This document shows positions 47,192-57,900 of a stretch of 64,000 nt of DNA, in pieces (positions within the stretch are counted from its first letter, which is position 1; every line of letters begins with the position of its first letter). The DNA lies in the NCBI GenBank assembly GCA_016709545.1, contig JADJMO010000001.1, positions 68,372 through 132,371 of the forward strand, in the 5' to 3' direction. The notes beneath the pieces were generated by a model. That model was not told the origin of the DNA and ran no database searches. It saw only the letters and a list, made by a program, of their open reading frames with translations. The position numbers and the translations under genes were made by a program. The DNA is from Myxococcales bacterium. GTDB lineage: Bacteria > Myxococcota_A > Polyangia > Polyangiales > JADJMO01.

Positions 47192-48229
47192 GTGTCTCGC
47201 GCCCTCTCCCTCGCCGCAGTCCTCGTCGGTGCCGCGTCCTCCACGTCGGCGCACGCCGAGGAGACCGAGACCAAGATCACCCCCGGCCTCGAGGTCATCG
47301 GCCAGTACTCCTTCCGCCGCACCACCGGCGATCAGGGGGCCACCAAGTGGTTCCATCAGTTCGACCTGCCGCGCGCGTTCCTCTACGTCGACGGCGAGCG
47401 AGGCCCGGTCCATGGCCGTGTGCTCGTCGAGGGCGTCCGATCGGCGGGCGACGGCGCGCTGATCGGGGTCGGCGGCGACAGCGTGGTGATGCGCGTGCGC
47501 GAGGCGTACGCCGGCTATCGGCCGTTCGAGTGGCTCGACGTGCGGCTCGGGCTCGTGCCCACGTTCGTGGTGCCGACCCTCGACAAGGCGTGGCGCCTGC
47601 GCGCGCTCGGACCGGTCTCCGCAGAGGAGCGCGGGCTCCTGTCGCCGGCCGACCTCGGCGCGCAGCTGCGTGTGAAGCTGCCCCTCGAATACGGCGAGGT
47701 CTTCCTCGGCTTCACCAACGGCGAGGGTTACACGAGCCGCGAGCTCGGGCGCGGCAAGACCTCCGAGCTCGGGATCGCGATCCACCCGGTGCCGGGCGGC
47801 GCACTCGCTCCGCTCACCGTCATCGGGGCCTTCGGCCTCGGCGCGACGGGCACCATCCAGGCCCGCGCGGACCGCGCGACGTTCGGCCTGCACTGGATCG
47901 ACAAGATGGTTCGCGGCGGCGCGTCGTTCACCTATGCGTTCGGCGCCGACGACATCGGTGCGCGACGCGCGTACGTGGCCGACGTCGGCCTCCGCGTGGA
48001 GCCCATCCGCCACCTCCTGTTCGCGGCGCGGGCCTCGATCTGGCAGCGCGACACCTCGGTGTCGAGCAACAAGATCACGAGCGCGCAGCTCGCCGTCGGG
48101 GGCACCCCGGACGACGCGCTCGAGGGGTGGTTCTCGTTGTTCCTTCACTCGCCCGGTGCCGAAGCTCAGGTGGCAGTACCTGGCAGCAAGTACTGGGAGC
48201 TCCGCGCGACCGCCAAGATTGCCTTCTGA
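47192..48229 (+). CDS. Outer membrane beta-barrel protein (porin-like)
   Basis: A GTG start gives MSRALSLAAVLVGAASSTSAHA (signal peptide). It has alternating amphipathic beta strands and a C-terminal ...ATAKIAF with terminal Phe. Confidence 0.55.
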   Translation: MSRALSLAAVLVGAASSTSAHAEETETKITPGLEVIGQYSFRRTTGDQGATKWFHQFDLPRAFLYVDGERGPVHGRVLVEGVRSAGDGALIGVGGDSVVMRVREAYAGYRPFEWLDVRLGLVPTFVVPTLDKAWRLRALGPVSAEERGLLSPADLGAQLRVKLPLEYGEVFLGFTNGEGYTSRELGRGKTSELGIAIHPVPGGALAPLTVIGAFGLGATGTIQARADRATFGLHWIDKMVRGGASFTYAFGADDIGARRAYVADVGLRVEPIRHLLFAARASIWQRDTSVSSNKITSAQLAVGGTPDDALEGWFSLFLHSPGAEAQVAVPGSKYWELRATAKIAF

Positions 48230-48250
48230 TCACCGCAAGGAGTCCGTCAC

Positions 48251-48871
48251 ATGCGCTTCCTCCCGTTCGTCGTGCTCGCCGCCACGCTCGCCGCCTGCTC
48301 CGAGTCCACCGAGAACGACGTGCCGACCAAGAGAGACACCGGCACCGGCACCGACGCGACCTCGACCGAGGCCGCCGCCGACACCGGGACACCCCTCGGC
48401 GACACGACGCCCACCGACGGCGGCGCCGGGGCGATCGCGTTCAACGAGATCAGCGGAGACGACGACTTCATCGAGCTCGTGAACACCGGCTCGGCGGCGG
48501 TCGACCTGAGCAAGTGGGGCCTCGGCGGCGAGAACTCCGACGGCGGTCTGGGCTCGGTGTTCGAGTTCCCGGCGGGCACCTCGCTCGCGCCCAAGGCCTA
48601 CCTCCTCGTCCGCGCCAAGGTCACCGACGCCGGCGCCGGGCCCACCGCCGACTGCGGCGACGCGGGCGTGAGCACCTGCTTCCAGGTCTCCTGGGGCATC
48701 AGCGCGAGCCGCGGTGAGACCCTGCGCCTGCTGAAGCCCGATGGATCGACCGCGGTCACCGGCGTGCTGCCGAGCACGGTCCCGACCGGCAAGTCGTGGT
48801 GTCGGCTGCCCGACTCGACGGGGGAGTTCAAGGCGTGCACGCCCACGCCGGGCGCCGCCAACGCGCCCTGA
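48251..48871 (+). CDS. Lamin-tail-domain (LTD) lipoprotein
   Basis: Lipobox LAAC. The LTD signature is AIAFNEISGDDDFIELVNTGSAAVDLSKWGL. Confidence 0.65.
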   Translation: MRFLPFVVLAATLAACSESTENDVPTKRDTGTGTDATSTEAAADTGTPLGDTTPTDGGAGAIAFNEISGDDDFIELVNTGSAAVDLSKWGLGGENSDGGLGSVFEFPAGTSLAPKAYLLVRAKVTDAGAGPTADCGDAGVSTCFQVSWGISASRGETLRLLKPDGSTAVTGVLPSTVPTGKSWCRLPDSTGEFKACTPTPGAANAP

Positions 48872-48892
48872 CCACGGTGCTACACGGCAGGG

Positions 48893-49843
48893 GTGGAGCG
48901 ACCGAGGTACCAGCGTGTGCTGCTCGCCGTGCTGGCGTTGCTGGTGCTCGCGCCTCGGCCGCTCGGTGACCAGCCGATGCGCAACCGCCGTGGCCTGCGC
49001 GGCGCCAAGGCCGGCAAGCTGAGTCTCGGCCGTCGCAAGCCCCGGATCGCGCCCAGCGCGCCTGCGAGTGCCGCGCCGCCGGGGAGCGCCCTCGTGCCGA
49101 GCGCCTCGACGCTCCCGAGCGCCTCGACCGTCGCGAGCGGCGTGCCGTCGGCACCGTCCTCCGCGTCGGCCGCCCCGGCCGGGAGCGCGAGCGAGGTGCC
49201 CCTCGTCGTCGACGTGTACGAGGACCCGCTGGTGCTGGTCCCGCCCACCGCCGACGGCACCAAGGCCCCGGTGGTCATCGCGGTGCACGGCGTGCAGTCG
49301 ATGCCCGAGTCGGTCTGCGACCCGCTGCGCGAGACCCTCGCCACCCGCGCGTTCGTGCTGTGCCCGGCGGGCATCCCCGTGGGCTTCGAGAACGGCGAGA
49401 AGCTCTACCAGTTCGGCTCCGCGGCCAAGCTGTGGGACGAGATCGAAGCCGGACTCGAGGCCCTGCGCGCGCAGTACGGCGACGAGGTCGACACCGACAA
49501 GCCTCTCTACGTGGGGTTCTCTCAGGGTTCGATCCTCGGCGTCGACGTGGTGATCGACGAGGCCAAGCTGCCCTACTCGGTCTTCGTCGAGGGCGGTCAG
49601 GACGCGTGGTCCAAGCCCCGCATCGAGACCCTCGAGAAGGAGGGAGGCCGCCGCGTCCTCTTCGTCACCGGCAGCGAGTACTGGGTCACCCGCGCGCGGA
49701 CCGCGGTGCCGCTGTTCGCGGGCACCAAGGTCGAGGTGAAACACGTGCACCTCGACGGCCTCGGCCACCACTTCACGCCCGAAGTGGCCAAGACCATCGA
49801 CGCCCAGGTGGACTGGCTCGTGGACGGCGATCCGCGCTGGTAG
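48893..49843 (+). CDS. Secreted alpha/beta-hydrolase (esterase) family protein
   Basis: GTG start and an N-terminal hydrophobic segment. It has the GxSxG motif GFSQG and VIAVHG. Confidence 0.6.
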   Translation: MERPRYQRVLLAVLALLVLAPRPLGDQPMRNRRGLRGAKAGKLSLGRRKPRIAPSAPASAAPPGSALVPSASTLPSASTVASGVPSAPSSASAAPAGSASEVPLVVDVYEDPLVLVPPTADGTKAPVVIAVHGVQSMPESVCDPLRETLATRAFVLCPAGIPVGFENGEKLYQFGSAAKLWDEIEAGLEALRAQYGDEVDTDKPLYVGFSQGSILGVDVVIDEAKLPYSVFVEGGQDAWSKPRIETLEKEGGRRVLFVTGSEYWVTRARTAVPLFAGTKVEVKHVHLDGLGHHFTPEVAKTIDAQVDWLVDGDPRW

Positions 49844-49852
49844 TCTGAGGGC

Positions 49853-51748
49853 GTGCGCTGGCCCCTCCTTGGTTGTCTGATCCTCCTCGGTTGCGCGGGC
49901 GGCGACGCCGAACCATCCGAGCCCGTCGACGAGACCGGCGCCGAGACGAGCGGCGATGCCACGCTCGACGGCGACGCCGACGCGTCCGACACGGGCGACA
50001 CGGCCAAGCCCGATGCCGACGCGGCCGAGGCGCCTGTCGACGCGCCGCCACCACTCGTGACCGAGTCGCTGGTCGGCGCCGACGTGCCGGCCGCGCGCGT
50101 CGGGATGTTCTACCTCGTGTGGCACGCGCCAGCGGTCACCGCGCTCCGCACGGTCGCCAGCAAGGGCGGCGCGCAGCTCACCCTCGAGGACGTGATCCGC
50201 GGCAAGGGCGCCTACGCCGACGTCCTCACCAAGTGGGGCGCCGAGGCCGAGGCGATGGCGTTCTACTACCACGCCCGCCCGAAGCTCGGCTTCTACTGCC
50301 TCTACCGCGCGCGCGCTGGCGAGACGGGCCACGTGCCCGACTGCCTCGACATCGAGAAGACCGCGGCCACGCACGCCGAGCAGCTGCTCGCGGCCGGCGT
50401 CGACCACGTGGTGATCGACGCGACCAACCTCACCGGGATGGATCGCGCCGGCGACCTCCTGCAGCTGCGCCCCACCGAGGTGCTGTTCGAGGAGTGGGCC
50501 AAGCTCCGCAAGGCCGGCAAGAAGACCCCGCAGATCGCCGTCTGGCACGCCATCCCGACCGGCTCGACCCAGTGGAAGGGCTACCAGGCGATCTACCAGA
50601 ACGCCGCCTACGACGGCCTGGTGATGCGCGACAAGAAGTCGAACAAGAAGGTGTTCTTCGTCGTGGATCCACCCGACGCGGGGCGCTTCCCCGACGCGGG
50701 CATCCTCGGCCAGGTGCAGAGCAACGGCGGCAAGAACGACGTGATCGTCCAGCGCATGTGGACGATCGGCAAGACCGACCCCGGCGTCGATCGGTGGGCG
50801 TTCATGAGCTACTGCCAGGCCGGCGGCAAGGACACCACCAGCATCGTCGGCGCCGGCGCGTGCAACCAGCCCTACACGGCGAAGAGCGCGCTCGGCACCG
50901 CGATCGCCGTCGCCCCGAGCTTCCAGACCAGCTACGCGAGCCTCCCGTTCTCCGCGGCCGGCAAGCTCTCGGGGCTTACCTTCGCGCGGCAGTGGGAGAC
51001 CGCGTTCGCCGTGCGCCCCGACTACGTGTTCGTGAGCGGGTGGAACGAGTTCACCGCCCAGCCGCAGCCGAACCCGTTCGCGGGGGACCCGTTCGCGAGG
51101 AGCATAGACCTCGAGCGTGACAGCAATGGCAGCAACCTGTTCGTGGACACCTACGGCATGGAGTTCGGCCGCGACATCGAGCCCACCGAGGAGTACGGCA
51201 GCACCTACTACGACCTGACCCGGGCCTGCGCGAAGCGCTGGAAAGCCGGCGCCAAGGACTGCGGCGACGCCAGCGACCCGTGCTGCGCGCCGCTGTCGGC
51301 GAACGAGTGGGCGCACGTGTTCGTCCTGAACAACGCGGGGGCCAAGGACTGGCTCCTGACGGTGTCGCCCACCGAGAAGAGCGCGCTCGTCGGCAGCGGG
51401 TGGCGCGAGGCGTGCGGGCGCTACGGCACGCCTTCGGTCTCGTGCGTGCGCGCGGACGAGCCGCTCTCGCCGGCCGGACCGTTCCTCGCGTGGACGAAGC
51501 CCGGCGCGGGCCGCAAGCCGCTCCACCGGTGCCTCGCCGGGACCGCGCACTTCTACAGCCTCGACCCGGGGTGCGAGGGCCAGAAGACCGAGGCGGTGCT
51601 GGTCTACGTGGCGGAGTCGCCGACGGGCGAGACCCCGCGCAGGGCCACGCGTTGCTACCGCGCCTCGACGGGGGAGCACTTCGTGGCGCTCGGCGCGGGG
51701 TGCCCGAGCGGGGTCACGGAGGAGGGGATCCTCGGGTACGTGCGCTAG
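49853..51748 (+). CDS. Hypothetical secreted lipoprotein (631 aa), possible carbohydrate-active enzyme
   Basis: GTG start with lipobox LILLGCAGG and an acidic linker. It is Trp/Tyr/Cys-rich. Confidence 0.55.
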   Translation: MRWPLLGCLILLGCAGGDAEPSEPVDETGAETSGDATLDGDADASDTGDTAKPDADAAEAPVDAPPPLVTESLVGADVPAARVGMFYLVWHAPAVTALRTVASKGGAQLTLEDVIRGKGAYADVLTKWGAEAEAMAFYYHARPKLGFYCLYRARAGETGHVPDCLDIEKTAATHAEQLLAAGVDHVVIDATNLTGMDRAGDLLQLRPTEVLFEEWAKLRKAGKKTPQIAVWHAIPTGSTQWKGYQAIYQNAAYDGLVMRDKKSNKKVFFVVDPPDAGRFPDAGILGQVQSNGGKNDVIVQRMWTIGKTDPGVDRWAFMSYCQAGGKDTTSIVGAGACNQPYTAKSALGTAIAVAPSFQTSYASLPFSAAGKLSGLTFARQWETAFAVRPDYVFVSGWNEFTAQPQPNPFAGDPFARSIDLERDSNGSNLFVDTYGMEFGRDIEPTEEYGSTYYDLTRACAKRWKAGAKDCGDASDPCCAPLSANEWAHVFVLNNAGAKDWLLTVSPTEKSALVGSGWREACGRYGTPSVSCVRADEPLSPAGPFLAWTKPGAGRKPLHRCLAGTAHFYSLDPGCEGQKTEAVLVYVAESPTGETPRRATRCYRASTGEHFVALGAGCPSGVTEEGILGYVR

Positions 51749-52345
51749 TCGTTGTCGACGTAGCGCAGCACGCAGAAGCGGCCGCCGCGTTCCACGATGG
51801 CGAAGAGGCCGGTGACGTCGACGGGTTTGCCCTCGAGCGTCGCCTCGACGACCGGCTTCTGGTGGAGGGTCACGGCGCCGCGCGGGGAGGGGGTGGCTCG
51901 GACCTTCACGAACAGGAACTTCTTCCCTCCGAAGCGGCGCAGCACCTTGGGTCGGTCCTTGCGCGACGAGTTCGAGAGGTTGTCCCAGGCCCACTGCACG
52001 CCCATGGACCCGATGAGGGGCTCGCCGGCCTTCACGAACTCGGGATAGAGCAGCGCCGCGTACTCGAGCGGTTTGGGCTCGAGAGCGAGTAGTGCCTTGT
52101 CGTCGTTGGTGGCGAGCGCCGCGAGGTAGGCCTTGCCGACGTCGTCGAGCGACTGGCGGGGCGTGTCGAGGTCGGCCGGGAGAGGCACCGACGCGCTGGG
52201 AGGGAGGGCTGACGCTGGTGGGCACGCTCGGCGCGACGCTCGCGCTGTTCGACGGGAGCGGCTTCGTCGGCGCGGGTGCGGGTTCGGGCTGGCGGTCGCA
52301 GCCGACCAGCAGGAGCGCAAGGATCGAGCGGCGCATGGTCCTCAC
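51745..52345 (-). CDS. Hypothetical lipoprotein with an apparent frameshift near 52205-52230
   Basis: The signal MRRSILALLLVGC is in one frame (the start of track ORF 48230..52345). The domain ...LPADLDTPRQSLDDVGKAYLAALATNDDKALLALEP...VLRYVDND* is in ORF 51745..52320. Confidence 0.45.
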
Positions 52346-52400
52346 AAAAGCACGACGGGGGAGCGTCGGGACCGCTCCCCCATCGACGCCGATCAGCGGC

Positions 52401-53922
52401 TCACTTGAAGGTGGTCCAGCCCTCGAACTCGGGGCAGGTCGTGCCGCACGCGCCGATGATGTCCTTCGCCGACTTGTCGAAGAACGCGTCGGTCGGCTCC
52501 GCGCCGCCGGTCAGCGCGGGGCTGCCCGCCTGGAGCGAGAAGTTCGGCCCCGTCGACTTGGTGTCGGTGATCTTCACGTCGGCGACCTTGGTCTTCGAGA
52601 TCTTGCGGCTCGCGTCGTCGATGTAGGTCTGCGAGAAGGTCGAGTTCGCGTCCTTCGTCGTGCCCGAGATGATGCTGTTCTTGACGACGAGGGAGCCGTC
52701 GGTCGCGTTCTTCTCCGCGCCGGTGCCCGGGAGGGCGGCGCCCGCGGAGTCGACGTTCGGCTGGATGAAGATGCCCGAGAGCGGCCAGCCGACGGCGAGG
52801 ATGTTGCTCCAGGTGCCCTTGGTGTTGCGGCGCAGGTGGAAGCCGTGCCCACCCTCGGTGGTCGCCGTGGCCTTGCCGATCATCGTGGCGTTCCAGATCA
52901 TCGGCTGCGTGAACGGGGCGTTGTCGGACGCGTTGGCGTCGTTGTCCACCTCGAAGCCGTTGCCGCCGCCGTCGATGTCGTCGCGGTTGCAGACGAGGAA
53001 CTGCAGCTTGCCGCGGTAGCCGTTGTCCATGTCGAAGCAGTCGTCGGCGCCCGACTGCGCGAGCAGGTACTTCGCGTTCGCCGCGCCGCCGAACCACTCG
53101 AACGAGTCGTCGAAGCCCTGGTAGGCCTCGAGGTGGTCGAGCTGGGTGCCGCTGCCGACGCCGTAGAACGAGAAGGCGTTGATCTCGTTGCCCACGCTGA
53201 GCTGGTAGCCGGCCCACTCGACGCGGGTGTAGTGGAGCTCGCCGCTCGAGTCCGCGTCGTCGCGGTCGGCGCCGTTGCCGCCGTACTTGAACTGGTCCTT
53301 CGCGGAGAGGCCCTCGGGGGTGGTGACGGCGGCGTGGTTCGACTTGGCCTTGCCGAGGATCATGAGGCCGGCCCAGTCGCCGCGCTTCTTCGACGTCTCG
53401 CTGCTGGTCATCACGACCGGCTGGTCCTTGGTCCCCATCGAGGCGATCTTCCCGCCCGGGAGGACGGCGATGCCGGTGATGGAGGCCTCGCCGGTGCCAG
53501 TGCCGCGCGTGCCCTTCACCACGGTGCCAGCCGTGATGGTGAGCTTCGCGCCCGGCTTGACCTCGACGAACTTCTTGAGCGTGTAGACCTTGCTGCAGTC
53601 CCAGGTGGTGTCCGCGGTGATGTCCGCCGTGACGTCGACCGGGGTCGGGCTCGCGGGGCAGCCGGGGCGGCGCGTCGCCATCGGGCGTGCCGGTGTCGAC
53701 GGCCCCGGTGTCGATCGGCGAGCCGGTGTCAGCGCCGGTGTCGACCGTGCCGGTGTCAGCCGGGGCCGGCTTGTCCGGCGTCGAGTCGTCACCGCAACCG
53801 GCGATCCCGAGAGTGATGGCGCCGCAGGCGACGAGGGCGACGAGGGCAGTCGACGGACGAACGGTCTTCATGGGAATCCTCCTCAGGATCAGAGTCGTGC
53901 TTGGCTGGTCGGCGTTGTGCAC
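52401..53922 (-). CDS. Lipoprotein with a beta-helix-like domain paralogous to the Ser/Thr kinase ectodomain; apparent frameshift in a C4 run near 53666
   Basis: Signal MKTVRPSTALVALVACGAITLGIAGC followed by DTG repeats (frame of ORF 52393..53922). The domain is in ORF 52401..53792: GDWAGLMILG...DDSFEWFGG...DDCFDMDNGYRGKLQFLV. Confidence 0.6.
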
Positions 53923-53982
53923 CAGCCGTGCGGCATCGGCGCGGAGCGTGCGAAACGAGTTCGTGACAGTCGTCGCCGCGGC

Positions 53983-56895
53983 TCAGAGGTGGTGCTGCAC
54001 CGCCACCCAGACGGTGCGGCCGACGCGCCAGCTCCCGAAGGTGTCTCCGGTCTGGAGCTGGAAGTTGTACGGAGCGTCGAACAGGTTCTCCACGGACACC
54101 TTCGCGTCGACGTGTTTGGTGAACTGATGGGCGACGCTGATGTCCACCACGTGGCGGGGCATCTCGAAGGCGTCAGGCACCTTGCCCGTCCCCACCGTGT
54201 CGATTCGCTTGCCGAACACGTTGTAGCTCAGGCGGGCCTGGGTCCTGCCGTTGAAGCCGACCCAGTCGAGCGCGAGGTTGACCACGTACGGGGACTGGCC
54301 CTGGAGCGGGCGCTCCTTGTTCGTGACGCCGGTCTCCTTGTCGTCGAAGCTGACGCGCGAGCGGACCAGGGTCAGGTTGGCGAGCAGCGTCAGCGGGGAG
54401 AGGGCAGTGCTGATGAACTTGAGGTTCTTGCGCCCCTCGATCTCCACCCCGACGTTGGTCGCGGCCTTGGTGTTCACCGGCTGGCGCACGAACTGCGAGG
54501 TGACCTCCTGGAAGGTGTACTCGATGGCGTCCGTGAAGTGCTTGTAGAAGGTGCTCACCGCCACGACCTCGTCGGCAGCGGGAAACCACTCCCACCGCAG
54601 GTCGACGTTGGTGATGCGAGACCGCTTGAGGTTGGGGTTTCCCTTCGCCTGCTGGCCGTTGAAGAAGTCGGCGTACTCGAACGGCGCGATCTCGCGGAAC
54701 TGGGGTCGAGCGATCGTTTGCGTCACCGATACGCGGACGTTCTGCGCGTCGGTGACCTTGACGACGGCGGCGGCGGCCGGGAGCGGATCGGTCGCCCGAT
54801 AGCCGTACTGCACGTCTGCGTTGCCCGCGCTGAGGTCGTCCTTGGTGTCGAGGGTGAGCTTCGTGTACTCCACGCGCACGCCGCCCAGCAGGCGAAATCG
54901 ACCGAAGGGCAGGTCGGCCATCGAGTACGCGCCGTAGATCTGCTGCGCCGCCTCGTAGACGTCGGCCGAGCGGGTGTTTTCCTCGAGGTAGGCGAACCTG
55001 CCGATCGTCGAGTCGTCGAGCGCGTTCGCCGGGTCGCTCTTGAGCCAGTCGAGCTGGCCAGGGGCGGGCAGGAACTGAAAGCGAAAGCGACGGGCCAGGA
55101 AGTTGCGCTTCTTGGACTGCGCGAGGCCACCGAACTTGAGCTTGGGCCCATCCTCCTTGCTGGTCAGCGGCTGCGCCCAGTCGAGCCCGCCGCCGAGCAG
55201 CTTCTCCGTCTGACCGCTGTAGAAGTGGGTGAGGGCGTCGCCGCTCTTGAGCTGGTAGCTCTGATCCGGGTCGGGGCGGCCGTCGAGCAGCGGCACGCTG
55301 GTCACGGACTGGACGTTGTTCGGCTCATCGCGCTTGGCGACGCCGTAGAAGAAGTTCCACTTGAAGACGGCCTTCCCGAGGTCGACCAGCTTGTGCTCGC
55401 CGAGCAACTGGGCGAAGTACATCTTCCGCTGGACCCACCGGGCGCGGGTCAGCCGGACGTTGGCGTCGTCGTTGTTGCTCTTGCCCTCGAGGCGGAGCAC
55501 GTCATCGTCTGCGTTGCCCGAGTAGAGCCCGGTGAGCGTGAGGCGGTGGTTGTTCCCGACCTGGAACCCGATGCTGCCAAGTGCTGACAGCGAGACGACG
55601 GCCGTGGAGCGTGTGCCGGCGAAGTCGAAGCGACGCTCCAGCCCCGTGACGCCCGAGCGATAGCCGATCTGTTGCTCGTCGTGCAGCGAGTAGCGACGCC
55701 CGTAGCCGAGGGACCCGATGAAGCCGAGCGTCTTGCCGCCGCTGAACTGATACGAGTCGCCCGCGGTCAAGCTCCCGGAGAAGTTCGGGCCCGAGAGCAC
55801 CGGGTAGATCTTGCGCGGCTTCTGGCTCAGCGACTCACCGTAGGCCTCCACCTCGCCGTCGGTCCCGCCCACCTTGTAGAGGTTCCGGATGTTGTTCGGC
55901 ATCCGCCGCGCGCCGCTGTCCGAGCCCAGCCAGTCGCCGTTGCTCCCCTGGTACGAGAGGCGATCCTTGAACGTCGTCAGGGAGTTGTACCCCATGGTGA
56001 ACGACGTCGTGAGGAAGAACTGGGAGGGGAACGTCCGCGTGGAGACGCGCACGCTGCCGCCCGCGAAGTCGCCCGGCATGTCCGGGAGGAAGGTCTTGTA
56101 GATGGTGACGTCCGACAGCACCGCGACCGGGAAGATGTCGAGCGGGATGGCCTGCTGGTCCGGCTCGGGGCTGGGCAACGGCGTGCCGTTCAGGAGCGCG
56201 TTCGTGTAGCGGTCGCCGAGGCCGCGCACGTAGACGAACCGGCCGTCCACCACGCTCGCGCCGACCACGCGCTTGCTCGCCTCGGCCGCGTTGCGGTCCG
56301 GGGTCTTGGCGATCTCCTGCGCGCTCACCGCGTCGCTGACCGTGCCCGCGTTCTTGCGGATCGTGAGCTGCGCGCCCGCGGTCGTGCGGTCGGGGTCGAC
56401 CTCGACCACGATCTCCTCGACCGGCTTGGCCGTGTCGAGGGGGAACTTCACGTCGAGCTTGGTGACCTTGCCGGCCGTGACGACGATGTTGTCGAACCGC
56501 TGGGTCTTGTAGCCCTCGTAGAAGCACCGGATCACGTAGGTGCCGGGGGGGAGCTTCAGCGAGAACACGCCCTCGGCGTCGCTCACGGCCTTCTGCTTGG
56601 TGCCCACCACGGCGCACTGGCCGTCGATGATCTCCTCGCCCGTGCCGGCGTCGGTCAGCTTGCCGGTCAGGACGCCCGTCTTCGCGTCGGGCTTCACGGC
56701 CGGCTCCGTCTCCTCGACGGGCACCTCCTCGGCGTCGTCGTCGCCCTTGGTCGAGGGCGCCGGCTTGGGCGCGCTCGTCGAGGGTGCGGCCGACGCGGAG
56801 GGCGCCGGCGAAGGGCTGGGGGCTGGGGCCTGGGCGAACGCGAACGTGGTGGTACCGACCACCAGCGACGGGATGAGCACTCCGACGCGGCGCAT
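53983..56895 (-). CDS. TonB-dependent receptor, Oar-like (N-terminal CarboxypepD_reg domain, plug and beta-barrel)
   Basis: ORF 970 aa. It has a signal peptide, an Ala/Pro/Ser-rich linker, a CarboxypepD_reg-like segment (GTYVIRCFYEGYKTQRF...), a plug (DGRFVYVRGLGDRYTNALLNG) and a long barrel. Confidence 0.85.
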   Translation of the reverse strand: MRRVGVLIPSLVVGTTTFAFAQAPAPSPSPAPSASAAPSTSAPKPAPSTKGDDDAEEVPVEETEPAVKPDAKTGVLTGKLTDAGTGEEIIDGQCAVVGTKQKAVSDAEGVFSLKLPPGTYVIRCFYEGYKTQRFDNIVVTAGKVTKLDVKFPLDTAKPVEEIVVEVDPDRTTAGAQLTIRKNAGTVSDAVSAQEIAKTPDRNAAEASKRVVGASVVDGRFVYVRGLGDRYTNALLNGTPLPSPEPDQQAIPLDIFPVAVLSDVTIYKTFLPDMPGDFAGGSVRVSTRTFPSQFFLTTSFTMGYNSLTTFKDRLSYQGSNGDWLGSDSGARRMPNNIRNLYKVGGTDGEVEAYGESLSQKPRKIYPVLSGPNFSGSLTAGDSYQFSGGKTLGFIGSLGYGRRYSLHDEQQIGYRSGVTGLERRFDFAGTRSTAVVSLSALGSIGFQVGNNHRLTLTGLYSGNADDDVLRLEGKSNNDDANVRLTRARWVQRKMYFAQLLGEHKLVDLGKAVFKWNFFYGVAKRDEPNNVQSVTSVPLLDGRPDPDQSYQLKSGDALTHFYSGQTEKLLGGGLDWAQPLTSKEDGPKLKFGGLAQSKKRNFLARRFRFQFLPAPGQLDWLKSDPANALDDSTIGRFAYLEENTRSADVYEAAQQIYGAYSMADLPFGRFRLLGGVRVEYTKLTLDTKDDLSAGNADVQYGYRATDPLPAAAAVVKVTDAQNVRVSVTQTIARPQFREIAPFEYADFFNGQQAKGNPNLKRSRITNVDLRWEWFPAADEVVAVSTFYKHFTDAIEYTFQEVTSQFVRQPVNTKAATNVGVEIEGRKNLKFISTALSPLTLLANLTLVRSRVSFDDKETGVTNKERPLQGQSPYVVNLALDWVGFNGRTQARLSYNVFGKRIDTVGTGKVPDAFEMPRHVVDISVAHQFTKHVDAKVSVENLFDAPYNFQLQTGDTFGSWRVGRTVWVAVQHHL

Positions 56896-56961
56896 GGATG
56901 GATCCCTCTCTCCGCCCCGGGCCCGGCCCGGGGTGTTTCACGACTGATCGATGCAGACTGG

Positions 56962-57390
56962 CTACGACTTCGGCTTCACGGTCAGGACGGCGATCGGCGC
57001 CGCGCCCCCCGCGCGGGCCACGTCCATCGCCTCCACCGCGGCGCCGAACGGGGCGTCTTCTTCCGCGGTGAAGAACAGCGTGTGGTCGCCGTTCTTGGCG
57101 GCGAACACGCGCTTGAGCTTCTCCTTGAGCTGATCCTTCGCGATCGGCTCGTTGTTCAGCTTCACGACCCCCGCCTTGTCGACCGAGAGGACGACGGGCT
57201 TGGCGTTGGGGTCGGGCTTGGCCTCCTTCTTCTCCTCGTTCTTCGGGAGGTTCACCCAGAACTGCTTGGTGAGCAGCGGCGTGACGACCATGAAGATGAT
57301 GAGGAGGACGAGCACCACGTCGACCAGCGGCGTGATGTTCATCGCCGGCCGGACCTTGGCCTTCTTGGGGCCGCCGATGTCGATGCCCAT
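56962..57390 (-). CDS. exbD: ExbD/TolR family biopolymer transport protein
   Basis: AMNITPLVDVVLVLLIIFMVV. Confidence 0.85.
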   Translation of the reverse strand: MGIDIGGPKKAKVRPAMNITPLVDVVLVLLIIFMVVTPLLTKQFWVNLPKNEEKKEAKPDPNAKPVVLSVDKAGVVKLNNEPIAKDQLKEKLKRVFAAKNGDHTLFFTAEEDAPFGAAVEAMDVARAGGAAPIAVLTVKPKS

Positions 57391-57391
57391 C

Positions 57392-57874
57392 TCAGTTCCC
57401 TCCCGGCTTGGGGAGCTTGGCCCACTGGGCGCCGCTCGCGCCCTCGGGCTTCTCGCTGACCATGAGCGCGACCCCCTGGAAGCCGACCTTCTGGATCAGA
57501 TCGAACAGCTCGCGCATCTTGCCGAACGTGTTGCGGTAGTCGCCCTTGAGGATGATGCGGCGGTCGGGGTGGGCGGCGTGCTCGCGCTCGAGGCGCGCCT
57601 TGAACGAGGCGGCGTCGGCGAACGACTCCTTCTCGTAGAAGTACCTCCCCGAGAGCGTGTAGGTGAGCACCACCGGATCGAGCTTGCTCTTGGCCTTGGG
57701 GTCCGGGTTGAAGATGGTCGGGAGCTCGACCGCCTCTCCGGCCTCGAGCTGCGGGGTCACCACCATGAAGATGATGAGGAGCACCAGCACCACGTCGACC
57801 AGCGGCGTGATGTTGATGTCCGGGGCAGCCCCCCGCTTCTTCTTGCCCTTGCTCGCTTCGACGCTGACGCCCAC
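57392..57874 (-). CDS. exbD: ExbD/TolR family protein (second paralog)
   Basis: GTG start. DINITPLVDVVLVLLIIFMVVTP. There is a 1 nt gap to the downstream exbD. Confidence 0.85.
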   Translation of the reverse strand: MGVSVEASKGKKKRGAAPDINITPLVDVVLVLLIIFMVVTPQLEAGEAVELPTIFNPDPKAKSKLDPVVLTYTLSGRYFYEKESFADAASFKARLEREHAAHPDRRIILKGDYRNTFGKMRELFDLIQKVGFQGVALMVSEKPEGASGAQWAKLPKPGGN

Positions 57875-57900
57875 GGGAACCTCCTCGCCTCGTCTCGGTC

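Noticed and set aside
48230-52345. 1371 aa minus-strand ORF
   Set aside because: It is antisense to four well-supported + strand genes and its product is low-complexity Arg/Gly/Ala. Only its first approximately 15 codons (the lipoprotein signal of the 51745 gene) are real.
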